A stretch of 64,000 bases of DNA from Escherichia coli (GTDB lineage Bacteria; Pseudomonadota; Gammaproteobacteria; Enterobacterales; Enterobacteriaceae): the NCBI RefSeq assembly GCF_048403405.1, contig NZ_CP183129.1, one strand, 5' to 3'. The stretch's first letter is position 1, and every line of letters starts with the position of its first letter. Under the pieces are notes generated by a model that made no database searches, was not told where the DNA came from, and saw only the letters and a list, made by a program, of their open reading frames with translations. Made by a program: the position numbers and the translations under genes. Positions 32,779 through 42,049 of the stretch are shown here, one piece after another.

Positions 32779-32841
32779 ACATTAGACTCGCGGGGGAAAC
32801 GTTTACGGAGTCTTCATCCTGGCACTTTTTTATCCTGCTGA

Positions 32842-34677
32842 CTACTCTTCGTCATCGCCATCAACATGTGCACGAATCAGCGCCATAAACGGTTTGCCAA
32901 AGCGTTCCAGCTTGCGCATCCCAACGCCGTTAACGCTGAGCATTTCGCTGGCAGTGATCGGCATCTGTTCCGCCATCTCAATCAAGGTTGCGTCGTTAAA
33001 CACCACGTACGGCGGGACATTGCTTTCATCGGCAATCGATTTACGCAGTTTGCGTAATTTGACGAACAGTTTGCGATCGTAGTTGCCGCCGAAGGATTTC
33101 TGCATCGCTTTCGGTTTGAGCGCCACGATACGTGGCACGGCAAGTTGCAAAGAGGATTCGCCGCGCAGCACCGGACGCGCAGCCTCTGTCAGTTGTAGGG
33201 CAGAATGCTGGGCAATATTTTGCGTCACCAGGCCGAGGTGAATCAGCTGGCGGATCACGCTCACCCAATGTTCATGGCTTTTATCACGGCCCATGCCATA
33301 GACTTTCAGTTTGTCATGACCATAGTCGCGGATACGCTGGTTATTAGCGCCACGAATCACTTCCACCACATAACCCATCCCAAACCGCTGATTCACACGA
33401 CCAATGGAGGAAAGGGCAATCTGAGCATCGGTTGAACCATCGTATTGTTTCGGCGGATCGAGGCAGATATCGCAGTTCCCGCACGGCTCCTGCCGCCCTT
33501 CGCCAAAGTAGTTCAGCAGCACCAGACGACGGCAAGTTTGCGCTTCGGCAAACGCGCCCATCGCATTGAGTTTATGACGTTCGATATCCTGTAACTGCCC
33601 CTGCGGTTTCTCTTCCAGACAACGACGCAGCCACGCCATATCCGCCGGATCGTAAAACAGCATCGCTTCCGCGGGCAGGCCATCACGCCCGGCGCGTCCG
33701 GTTTCCTGATAATAGGATTCAATGTTGCGCGGAATATCAAAATGCACCACGAAGCGAACGTTTGGTTTATTGATGCCCATGCCGAACGCCACCGTCGCCA
33801 CCACAATTTGCAGGTCATCGCGCTGGAATTTCTCCTGCACATCAGCGCGAACATTATTTTCCAGCCCGGCATGATAGGCCGCCGCGCTAATTCCCTTGCT
33901 TTGCAGGCGCGCAGCGGTGTCTTCTACTTTCGCACGACTATTACAGTAAATAATCCCCGACTTACCGCGTTGTTCCTGTACATAACGCATCAACTGATCG
34001 AGCGGTTTGAATTTCTCCATCAGCATGTAGCGAATATTCGGACGGTCAAAACTGCTGATTTGAATCAGCGGATCGTTCAGCCCCAGCAGGCGCACGATAT
34101 CCTGGCGCGTGGTGTCATCGGCTGTGGCAGTCAGCGCCATAAACGGCAGCGTCGGAAAACGCTGACGCAGCTGACCGAGGGCAGCGTATTCCGGGCGGAA
34201 ATCGTGACCCCATTGGGAGATACAGTGCGCTTCATCAACGGCTAATAACACCGGATTCCAGTGCGCCAGATGCTCAAGAAAGTTATCCAGCATCAGACGT
34301 TCCGGCGCGATATAAAGCAGGCGGATTTGCCCGGTGCGACAGCCTGTCATAACTTCAAGTTGCTGCTCGCGGGTTTGCGTCGAGTTAAGGCACGCCGCCG
34401 CCACGCCGTTGGCTTGCAGTTGATCCACCTGATCTTTCATCAACGAAATCAGCGGTGAAACAACCACGGTAAGGCCGTTTAGCAATAAGGCAGGAATTTG
34501 ATAGCAAAGGGATTTTCCGCCACCAGTGGGCATGACGACGAGGCAATCGCGGCCGGAAAGCACAGTGTCGATAATTTCTTCCTGGCCGGGGCGAAACTGT
34601 TGGTAGCCAAAGGTTTCTTGTAAAACCTGTTTAGCTCCGGACTCCAGATTCAACACTTCCGCCTGCGCCACATTCAC
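32842..34677 (-). CDS. recQ: ATP-dependent DNA helicase RecQ
   Basis: 611-aa ORF with DEAH helicase motifs ([15 protein letters not shown]), zinc-binding cysteines ([10 protein letters not shown]) and an HRDC region. The canonical start may be 2 codons downstream. Confidence 0.95.
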   Translation of the reverse strand: MNVAQAEVLNLESGAKQVLQETFGYQQFRPGQEEIIDTVLSGRDCLVVMPTGGGKSLCYQIPALLLNGLTVVVSPLISLMKDQVDQLQANGVAAACLNSTQTREQQLEVMTGCRTGQIRLLYIAPERLMLDNFLEHLAHWNPVLLAVDEAHCISQWGHDFRPEYAALGQLRQRFPTLPFMALTATADDTTRQDIVRLLGLNDPLIQISSFDRPNIRYMLMEKFKPLDQLMRYVQEQRGKSGIIYCNSRAKVEDTAARLQSKGISAAAYHAGLENNVRADVQEKFQRDDLQIVVATVAFGMGINKPNVRFVVHFDIPRNIESYYQETGRAGRDGLPAEAMLFYDPADMAWLRRCLEEKPQGQLQDIERHKLNAMGAFAEAQTCRRLVLLNYFGEGRQEPCGNCDICLDPPKQYDGSTDAQIALSSIGRVNQRFGMGYVVEVIRGANNQRIRDYGHDKLKVYGMGRDKSHEHWVSVIRQLIHLGLVTQNIAQHSALQLTEAARPVLRGESSLQLAVPRIVALKPKAMQKSFGGNYDRKLFVKLRKLRKSIADESNVPPYVVFNDATLIEMAEQMPITASEMLSVNGVGMRKLERFGKPFMALIRAHVDGDDEE

Positions 34678-34689
34678 CCCGATTGCCTG

Positions 34690-34720
34690 AAATAAAAACA
34701 GGCGCTATTTTCAGCGCCTG
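34690..34720 (-). terminator. Rho-independent terminator downstream of pldA, immediately upstream of recQ
   Basis: On the minus strand: CAGGCGCT-GAAAAT-AGCGCCTG hairpin followed by TTTTTATTT, between the pldA stop (34804) and the recQ start (34677). Confidence 0.5.
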
Positions 34721-34803
34721 CGCGAGAAACTGCAATGCTTTTAGTCTCTGAGAGGGTAATCCTGGATACTGGATTCCAGATTTGCCAACCACTCAACCGT
34801 TCA

Positions 34804-35673
34804 TCAAAACAAGTCGTTTAGCATAACCCCTACACCAACGCGGGTCTGGTTGAAGTTATAGTCGATGAGCGATTCGCCGTAACCGCTGTAAACCTGAGTA
34901 TAAAGGCGCACATGTTTGGTGATCGGGTAACTTAAGCCTAACTCCGCGCCGCCGTAGCCCGTGTTCCAGTTGTACTGTCCTTTCGCACTCAACACCGCAT
35001 CACCGAGGTGATAGCCAATTTTAAGCTGGTAGTAACCCATATATTTGGTGATATCCGGGTTATCGTCAGTATTACCCACCACATACCACGGCTTCACCTC
35101 TACCAGCCAGTTACCGTTTTCTGCCATCAGGCGGGTATAAAGGCGGTTCCAGCTACGGGAGGTCGGGTCTGAACGCCCGTTAGAGTCGTGGTTATACCCC
35201 ATCTCCACATCGCGCAGCGTCCAACCTGCAAAACGGTAATCGGTAGCAAAACCGAGGAACAATTGCGGTTCGTAGTTGGTTTCACGAAACGGTGAAGACT
35301 CTTCGCTATTGGACAGTTGCCACCAGGATTTTTGCGTATAAGACGCACCCAATACCGAGTTCGGGCCTAAAATCCCACGCCACAGCGGAAATGCCAGGCT
35401 CAACTGAAACTTTACTTCATCCTTACGCGCATTTTCCGCCCAGTCGTAACTGGCAATCGCTTCTTTATTCAGATCGCTGGTTTGGGTATAGATGATGTAG
35501 TTGGTGTCATAAGGATAAAGGGTGAACGGATTGTCATGCTCCTGCAGCATATTGGCGATAATACTGCCACGCACCGCTGGCGCGTCATGCACCTCTTTCA
35601 CCGTTGCCTCTTGTGCATATACTGCCATAGGCAACATAAACACCGGCAACAACCAGCCCTGCAGAGTCCGCAT
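34804..35673 (-). CDS. pldA: Outer-membrane phospholipase A (PldA)
   Basis: 289-aa ORF with N-terminal signal peptide (MRTLQGWLLPVFMLPMAVYA) and beta-barrel-type sequence. Confidence 0.95.
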   Translation of the reverse strand: MRTLQGWLLPVFMLPMAVYAQEATVKEVHDAPAVRGSIIANMLQEHDNPFTLYPYDTNYIIYTQTSDLNKEAIASYDWAENARKDEVKFQLSLAFPLWRGILGPNSVLGASYTQKSWWQLSNSEESSPFRETNYEPQLFLGFATDYRFAGWTLRDVEMGYNHDSNGRSDPTSRSWNRLYTRLMAENGNWLVEVKPWYVVGNTDDNPDITKYMGYYQLKIGYHLGDAVLSAKGQYNWNTGYGGAELGLSYPITKHVRLYTQVYSGYGESLIDYNFNQTRVGVGVMLNDLF

Positions 35674-35837
35674 CGCTCGTGTTCTCCGTAACGAATTATT
35701 GATAAGGTGAATATTTTTCTGCGGGCTATTTTACATACTTAACTCCATAGCCGTTAGTTATCCCTTCCTAAAGTAGAAACCAACAACAAAGAAGCATAAA
35801 ATCAACATTTCATTAACTAATGAAGTGTAAGGATGAT

Positions 35838-36305
35838 ATGTCTGCCGTACTGACCGCTGAACAAGCCCTGAAATTAGTGGGTGAGATGTTTGTTTATCAC
35901 ATGCCATTTAACCGCGCATTGGGGATGGAACTGGAGCGTTACGAAAAAGAGTTCGCACAGCTGGCCTTTAAAAATCAGCCAATGATGGTGGGTAACTGGG
36001 CGCAAAGCATTTTGCACGGCGGGGTCATTGCGTCGGCGCTGGATGTCGCCGCAGGTCTGGTGTGCGTGGGAAGTACCTTAACCCGCCACGAAACCATCAG
36101 TGAAGATGAACTACGTCAGCGGCTATCGCGAATGGGGACCATTGATCTTCGCGTCGATTATCTGCGCCCAGGCAGAGGCGAGCGTTTTACTGCTACCAGT
36201 AGCCTGTTACGTGCAGGCAATAAAGTCGCCGTCGCCCGCGTTGAATTACACAATGAAGAACAGCTTTATATTGCCAGTGCTACAGCCACCTATATGGTAG
36301 GTTGA
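35838..36305 (+). CDS. yigI: Hotdog-fold (PaaI-type) thioesterase YigI
   Basis: ORF open from 35820; canonical start [18 protein letters not shown]. Confidence 0.85.
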   Translation: MSAVLTAEQALKLVGEMFVYHMPFNRALGMELERYEKEFAQLAFKNQPMMVGNWAQSILHGGVIASALDVAAGLVCVGSTLTRHETISEDELRQRLSRMGTIDLRVDYLRPGRGERFTATSSLLRAGNKVAVARVELHNEEQLYIASATATYMVG

Positions 36306-36356
36306 TAACGTAAAAGCAGGTAAACTGCTGTTACCAATTAAAAATGAGTATTCCCG

Positions 36357-37247
36357 ATGGATGCAAAACAAACGCGGCAGGGCGTATTACTCGCTCTTGC
36401 CGCTTATTTTATTTGGGGTATTGCGCCAGCGTACTTCAAGCTAATTTACTACGTGCCCGCCGATGAGATCCTGACGCATCGCGTGATCTGGTCGTTTTTC
36501 TTTATGGTGGTGCTGATGAGCATCTGCCGCCAGTGGTCCTATTTAAAAACGCTGATTCAGACGCCACAGAAAATTTTTATGCTGGCAGTCTCTGCCGTGC
36601 TGATTGGTGGCAACTGGCTACTGTTTATCTGGGCGGTGAACAATCACCATATGCTGGAAGCGAGCCTTGGTTACTTTATTAACCCGCTGGTGAACATTGT
36701 GCTAGGGATGATTTTCCTCGGCGAGCGATTCCGCCGGATGCAATGGCTGGCGGTGATTCTGGCGATATGTGGCGTGTTGGTTCAGTTGTGGACTTTTGGT
36801 TCACTACCGATTATCGCGCTGGGGCTGGCGTTTAGTTTTGCCTTCTACGGCCTGGTACGCAAGAAGATTGCTGTTGAAGCGCAAACCGGCATGTTAATCG
36901 AAACTATGTGGTTGCTGCCCGTGGCGGCGATTTACCTGTTTGCTATTGCCGACAGCGCAACCAGCCATATGGGGCAAAACCCGATGTCACTGAATTTACT
37001 GCTGATCGCCGCCGGGATTGTCACTACCGTACCGCTGTTGTGTTTTACTGCGGCTGCGACACGCCTGCGTCTCTCAACGTTAGGCTTTTTTCAGTACATT
37101 GGCCCGACGCTGATGTTCCTGCTGGCTGTGACGTTTTATGGTGAAAAACCGGGTGCCGATAAGATGGTGACCTTCGCCTTTATTTGGGTGGCGCTGGCAA
37201 TTTTTGTGATGGATGCGATTTATACGCAGCGTAGAACGTCCAAATAA
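36357..37247 (+). CDS. rarD: EamA/DMT-family transporter RarD
   Basis: 296-aa 10-TM membrane protein following yigI. Confidence 0.9.
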   Translation: MDAKQTRQGVLLALAAYFIWGIAPAYFKLIYYVPADEILTHRVIWSFFFMVVLMSICRQWSYLKTLIQTPQKIFMLAVSAVLIGGNWLLFIWAVNNHHMLEASLGYFINPLVNIVLGMIFLGERFRRMQWLAVILAICGVLVQLWTFGSLPIIALGLAFSFAFYGLVRKKIAVEAQTGMLIETMWLLPVAAIYLFAIADSATSHMGQNPMSLNLLLIAAGIVTTVPLLCFTAAATRLRLSTLGFFQYIGPTLMFLLAVTFYGEKPGADKMVTFAFIWVALAIFVMDAIYTQRRTSK

Positions 37248-37557
37248 AAAATAAATATATTCTGAAAAAATATGCCGACTCTTGCATGAGAGTGGGCATA
37301 TTGCCATGCTGACAGGAGACTCACATAAGGAAAGGCAGAATTTCCAGACGTCGTTGTATATTTTCATTTGCTTTAATAAATTTCATTTTTAGTAAATTCA
37401 GCATTATGTTATTAGCGATGAGCAAGACCAATCATTAACCAAGTTCTCTTCAGAATGTAATGAAAAATGTGAAGTGCATTTCTTTTTTAAAATTTTTTTA
37501 GCCTATTATTTCTTATCAAATTAACATTGCCCTTAATTATAAGAAAGGAGAATATAA

Positions 37558-38406
37558 ATGAACAACATATTAGGCTCATCAATTAATATGCCCTGTACAC
37601 TTTTCGAAACTATTACTTTATTCGATGATTTTTCTGCTGATGATATGCAATATGGGGATATGGAAGAACAAGATTTTCTCTCACTCGGCTTAAGCGACAT
37701 CTCTGCAAAAGTTGATCCTTACCGCCTCATTAAATACCATTTTCCTGGGCCGAATTCTACTTATGGTGCTTTTAGTGTTCCAACTTCTGGAACAAAAATA
37801 TCACAAAGTGAATGTATTGATATTTTATTTGCAGAAATGAAAGATCTGGCAAAAATGTTTTCCTTTTTTGGACAATACAAAACACTCATCCAGGATCTGA
37901 TTGATCATTTTAGATATGGAAATGGCAACAGTTTCCATAGCCAGGAATTGAACTTATCTTTTCATGAACGAATAAAAAAATATGATTATAATAGCCCAAT
38001 ACGTGTAATCAAAGAATGTATCGAAAATGATATTTCTTCAACACCTACGATAGGATACCGGCCTCTTCTCCTACAAAAGATTAAGATCGAATTACTTTCA
38101 TCAAGACTAAATAAATTCAATGATTTTAAAGATAATTTTAATGGCCTGGGAATCAGCATTCATGATATCTCAGCTCAAAAAATATCTCTTTTAAGTTTTC
38201 AAAAATACGCTATAGGATGGAGTGCAACAATTCATTTTGTAGCACAGGACCACTTCGGTCTTGATGTAACTGATATCAAAAACAAGACTTACAGCAAATA
38301 TAGATTTTTTCGCATATGGTTCTTTTTACAACGGCATAAAGACTTTGCTTTCAAACCTTTTTTCACCAATTTTAACACTATCGAAAGAATCGAAAATTAT
38401 CTATGA
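37558..38406 (+). CDS. Hypothetical cytoplasmic protein, 282 aa, in a low-GC two-gene module (possibly DUF3289-like; unverified)
   Basis: Clean ORF with AAGGAGA SD (37545-37551), acidic N-terminus, no signal peptide. Strongly AT-rich codon usage unlike the flanking rarD/corA. Confidence 0.6.
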   Translation: MNNILGSSINMPCTLFETITLFDDFSADDMQYGDMEEQDFLSLGLSDISAKVDPYRLIKYHFPGPNSTYGAFSVPTSGTKISQSECIDILFAEMKDLAKMFSFFGQYKTLIQDLIDHFRYGNGNSFHSQELNLSFHERIKKYDYNSPIRVIKECIENDISSTPTIGYRPLLLQKIKIELLSSRLNKFNDFKDNFNGLGISIHDISAQKISLLSFQKYAIGWSATIHFVAQDHFGLDVTDIKNKTYSKYRFFRIWFFLQRHKDFAFKPFFTNFNTIERIENYL

Positions 38407-38894
38407 AAAACAAACTCCAGAAAATTATATTATGTTTATTTCTTCTATGCTGCATCTATAATTTATGGACATTGCGTCCTGTACAGATTTTGTATACATA
38501 CTCTGATGCTGGCAATTCAGTCTTTCTGGTCGTTGATCATCTGCCATGGACTGACAGCGATAAAATAAATTGGTATCTGAAGCATCAGAATGAAATTAAA
38601 AATCAACATCCCCTACCAGAAGGTAGTTGGCATACCTGGTATGTCATTGATATCGGTAATGGCTTCACTGACTATAAAAAATATATCGAAGGGCCGTATG
38701 AAGATCTCTACTGTTTCCCGACAATTAAGAGCAATGATAATTGCATCGTGAAAAATTACTTAATGGTTATTAATGAATACCCTTATCGTAACACTCATAT
38801 TGGTATTAACGATTTTACTGAGTATCAATTAACACAAGAAAATAAAATAGAGCGAGTTTTCAATCCGCATGACTTTAAAAAAGACAATTTTTAG
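38403..38894 (+). CDS. Hypothetical membrane-anchored protein, 163 aa, translationally coupled to the upstream gene (possibly DUF943-like; unverified)
   Basis: Start overlaps the upstream stop (ATGA at 38403-38406). N-terminal hydrophobic segment IILCLFLLCCIYNLW, then a soluble domain. Same AT-rich composition. Confidence 0.6.
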   Translation: MKNKLQKIILCLFLLCCIYNLWTLRPVQILYTYSDAGNSVFLVVDHLPWTDSDKINWYLKHQNEIKNQHPLPEGSWHTWYVIDIGNGFTDYKKYIEGPYEDLYCFPTIKSNDNCIVKNYLMVINEYPYRNTHIGINDFTEYQLTQENKIERVFNPHDFKKDNF

Positions 38895-38935
38895 AAATAA
38901 GCCGGATAAAAAAATAGCTTTATCCGGCACTCATA

Positions 38936-39886
38936 TTACAACCAGTTCTTCCGCTTAAAATACAGATACGGTGCCAGGCCCGCGAGGATCATAAAGATAA
39001 TCGCGCCAGGGTAGCCGAAACTCCACTTCAGTTCCGGCATAAACTCAAAGTTCATCCCGTAGCTGGAAGCAACCAGCGTTGGCGGCAGGAACACGACGGA
39101 TACCACCGAGAAGATTTTGATGATGCGGTTCTGCTCGATGTTGATAAAGCCCATCGCCGCCTGCATCAGGAAGTTCACCTTCTGGAACAGGGATTCGTTA
39201 TGCGGCAGCAGGGATTCGATATCTCGCAGGATTTCACGCGCCTGCTCCAGTTGACCACCCGGTAAACGCGCCTTGCGTACCAGGAAGTTGAGCGCACGCT
39301 GGGTATCCATCAGACACAGGCGAACTTTCCAGCCGATATCTTCCAGTTCCGCCAGCGTGGAGAGCGCCTCGTCGTACTCATCGCCCTGATGCCCTTCCAT
39401 AATTACCCGGCTCAACTGCTCCAGGTCGCTGTAGATATTTTCAATTTCATCTGCCAACTGTTCGATTTTGGTTTCGAACAGATCCAGCAGCAGCTCGTAG
39501 GCATTACCGTCTACCATCGACTGGCTACGGGCACGCATACGATATAGACGAAAAGCGGGCAGTTCACGCTCACGCAGAGTAAACAGACGACCATCACGGA
39601 TGGTAAATGCCACAGTGGAGTTACCGGCGTGATCTTCCGCATCTTCAAAGAAGAAGAAGGAGTGAATATGCAGGCCGTCATCGTCTTCAAAGAAACGTGC
39701 CGATGCTTCGATGTCTTCCAGTTCCGGGCGGGTTGCCAGGCTCTGGCCAAGTTCAGATTGTACGCGCAGTCGCTCGTCGTCGTCCGGTTCGACAAGATCA
39801 ATCCATACTGCATTTACAAGGGGTTGTGACTCTTCGACTTCCAGCCGGGTCAGTCGGTTATTTTCCAGTTGAAATGCGCTCAGCAT
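38936..39886 (-). CDS. corA: Magnesium/cobalt transporter CorA
   Basis: ORF open to 39901; canonical 316-aa start [15 protein letters not shown]; C-terminal TM helices with the YGMNF motif. Confidence 0.95.
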   Translation of the reverse strand: MLSAFQLENNRLTRLEVEESQPLVNAVWIDLVEPDDDERLRVQSELGQSLATRPELEDIEASARFFEDDDGLHIHSFFFFEDAEDHAGNSTVAFTIRDGRLFTLRERELPAFRLYRMRARSQSMVDGNAYELLLDLFETKIEQLADEIENIYSDLEQLSRVIMEGHQGDEYDEALSTLAELEDIGWKVRLCLMDTQRALNFLVRKARLPGGQLEQAREILRDIESLLPHNESLFQKVNFLMQAAMGFINIEQNRIIKIFSVVSVVFLPPTLVASSYGMNFEFMPELKWSFGYPGAIIFMILAGLAPYLYFKRKNWL

Positions 39887-40255
39887 GACCGGGACTCCCA
39901 ATGCTTAAAATATCGGACAGTTCGGTGGGCACACAGAAACAAATTGGGTTTCAGACCATTAAACAGCCTGACTCAGCGCGACGGGAAAAATTGAGGTCGC
40001 TGACAACCGCTAAGGCTATCAGCAAAAAGGGATAGCCTTAGGAGTTGATCCTGGATGACAGGATAGTGAGCCAGTATCTACTGGGTGTGTCCAAGGCGAA
40101 TGTCCTCTTAGAGTGATCGTGCGCGCATGTTACGCCAGCAAAATTTTGCCGTCAACACGCAACAGAACACCACAGAACAATAGTTGAACTTCGCGCTTTT
40201 TGGTACTCGTCAAGGTCGCTAACAGGATAAAAAAATCCCACATCCAGGACCTATA

Positions 40256-41020
40256 ATGGCGCATCGGCTACTCATTGGTAAAGGAATGATCACCTTGAAT
40301 CTCAAACGGATTTTTCTCACCCTCACCTTACTTCCCTTGTTTGCTGTTGCCGCTGATGATTGCGCACTCTCAGATCCGGCGCTGACCGTACAGGCGTATA
40401 TCGTTAATCCTCAAACAGAGCGGGTGAAAATGTACTGGCAAAAAGCCAATGGCGAAGCGTGGGGAACGTTACATGCTCTGCTGGCGGATATTAATAGTCA
40501 GGGTCAGGTGCAGATGGCGATGAACGGCGGCATCTATGATGAAAGCTATGCGCCGCTCGGTTTGTACATCGAAAACGGTCAGCAGAAGGTGGCGTTAAAT
40601 CTCGCTTCAGGTGAAGGGAATTTCTTTATTCGTCCTGGCGGCGTGTTTTATGTCGCGGGAGATAAAGTCGGCATCGTTCGTCTGGATGCCTTTAAAACCA
40701 GTAAAGAGATTCAGTTTGCGGTGCAGTCAGGGCCAATGTTGATGGAAAACGGCGTAATTAATCCGCGTATTCATCCCAACGTCGCCTCACGTAAAATTCG
40801 TAACGGTGTTGGGATTAATAAACAAGGGAACGCCGTGTTTTTGTTGAGCCAGCAGGCGACAAATTTTTATGATTTTGCCTGTTATGCCAAAGCGAAACTG
40901 AACGTTGAGCAGCTGCTTTATCTTGATGGCACAATTTCACATATGTATATGAAAGGCTGGGCAATCCCGTGGCAACGCTATCCTTTTGTTACCATGATTT
41001 CCGTCGAGCGGAAAGGTTAA
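40256..41020 (+). CDS. yigE: DUF2233-family protein YigE (signal-peptide protein)
   Basis: 254-aa ORF with a hydrophobic N-terminal region (IFLTLTLLPLFAVAADD); position next to corA matches yigE. Confidence 0.75.
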   Translation: MAHRLLIGKGMITLNLKRIFLTLTLLPLFAVAADDCALSDPALTVQAYIVNPQTERVKMYWQKANGEAWGTLHALLADINSQGQVQMAMNGGIYDESYAPLGLYIENGQQKVALNLASGEGNFFIRPGGVFYVAGDKVGIVRLDAFKTSKEIQFAVQSGPMLMENGVINPRIHPNVASRKIRNGVGINKQGNAVFLLSQQATNFYDFACYAKAKLNVEQLLYLDGTISHMYMKGWAIPWQRYPFVTMISVERKG

Positions 41021-41102
41021 GCATTGTACACTCGAGGAGGCCAGACAAACTGGGACTGGCTACACAGTTGGAAAATCATCAGATAAATGAAGGGAAACAA
41101 AA

Positions 41103-42005
41103 ATGAAAAAAACGCTCGCAACGTTATTTTTATTAACGTGTCTGGGATCATCATCCGCCTATGCAGATAACGCTTTGATTTTACAAACTGATTTTAGCCT
41201 GAAAGATGGTGCCGTCTCGGCGATGAAAGGGGTCGCATTCGGCGTTGACCATAATCTTAAAATCTTTGATTTAACACACGAAATTCCACCGTATAACATC
41301 TGGGAAGGCGCTTATCGCCTGTATCAGACTGCCAGTTACTGGCCGCAAGGTTCGGTGTTTGTTAGCGTGGTCGATCCGGGCGTAGGCACTGACCGTAAAT
41401 CGGTGGTGCTAAAAACCAAAAACGGTCAGTACTTCGTTTCACCAGATAACGGTACGCTCACTTTGGTGGCACAAACTCTGGGTATTGATAGCGTCCGGGA
41501 AATCGACGAAAAAGCTAACCGCCTGAAAGGTTCTGAAAAGTCATATACCTTCCACGGTCGTGACGTGTATGCCTACACCGGTGCGCGTCTGGCTTCCGGG
41601 GCGATTACGTTCGAACAGGTGGGGCCAGAGCTTCCTGCAAAAGTTGTCGAACTTTCTTATCAGAAAGCAAAAGCAACAAAAGGTGAAGTGAAGGGCAATA
41701 TCCCGATTCTCGATATTCAGTACGGCAACGTCTGGAGCAATATCAGCGACGAGTTGCTGAATCAGGCAGGAATCAAACTCAACGACACGTTGTGTGTGAC
41801 CATTTCCGAAGGTTCCCAGCAAAAATACGCAGGGAAAATGCCGTATGTCGCAAGCTTCGGCGATGTGCCGGAAGGCCAGCCGATGGTGTATCTGAACAGC
41901 TTATTGAATGTTTCCGTGGCGCTGAATATGGATAATTTTGCGCAGAAACATCAGGTTGCGTCTGGTGCTGACTGGAATATTGATGTGAAGAAGTGCGCTA
42001 AGTAA
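41103..42005 (+). CDS. DUF62-family protein (SAM hydroxide adenosyltransferase / fluorinase-chlorinase-like fold) with predicted signal peptide
   Basis: 300-aa ORF. N-terminus MKKTLATLFLLTCLGSSSAYA looks like a cleavable Sec signal; the mature part begins DNALILQTDFSLKDGAVSAMKGV, resembling the conserved N-terminal motif of SAM-hydrolase DUF62 proteins as I recall it. Confidence 0.65.
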   Translation: MKKTLATLFLLTCLGSSSAYADNALILQTDFSLKDGAVSAMKGVAFGVDHNLKIFDLTHEIPPYNIWEGAYRLYQTASYWPQGSVFVSVVDPGVGTDRKSVVLKTKNGQYFVSPDNGTLTLVAQTLGIDSVREIDEKANRLKGSEKSYTFHGRDVYAYTGARLASGAITFEQVGPELPAKVVELSYQKAKATKGEVKGNIPILDIQYGNVWSNISDELLNQAGIKLNDTLCVTISEGSQQKYAGKMPYVASFGDVPEGQPMVYLNSLLNVSVALNMDNFAQKHQVASGADWNIDVKKCAK

Positions 42006-42013
42006 GGTGCTGA

Positions 42014-42044
42014 TGCGGAATGCGGTGTGGCGCACCGCATTCCG
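42014..42044. terminator. Perfect 13-bp inverted repeat between the convergent DUF62 gene and uvrD (possible bidirectional terminator or REP-like element)
   Basis: GCGGAATGCGGTG-TGGCG-CACCGCATTCCGC; no clear T-tract. Confidence 0.4.
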
Positions 42045-42049
42045 CAACG

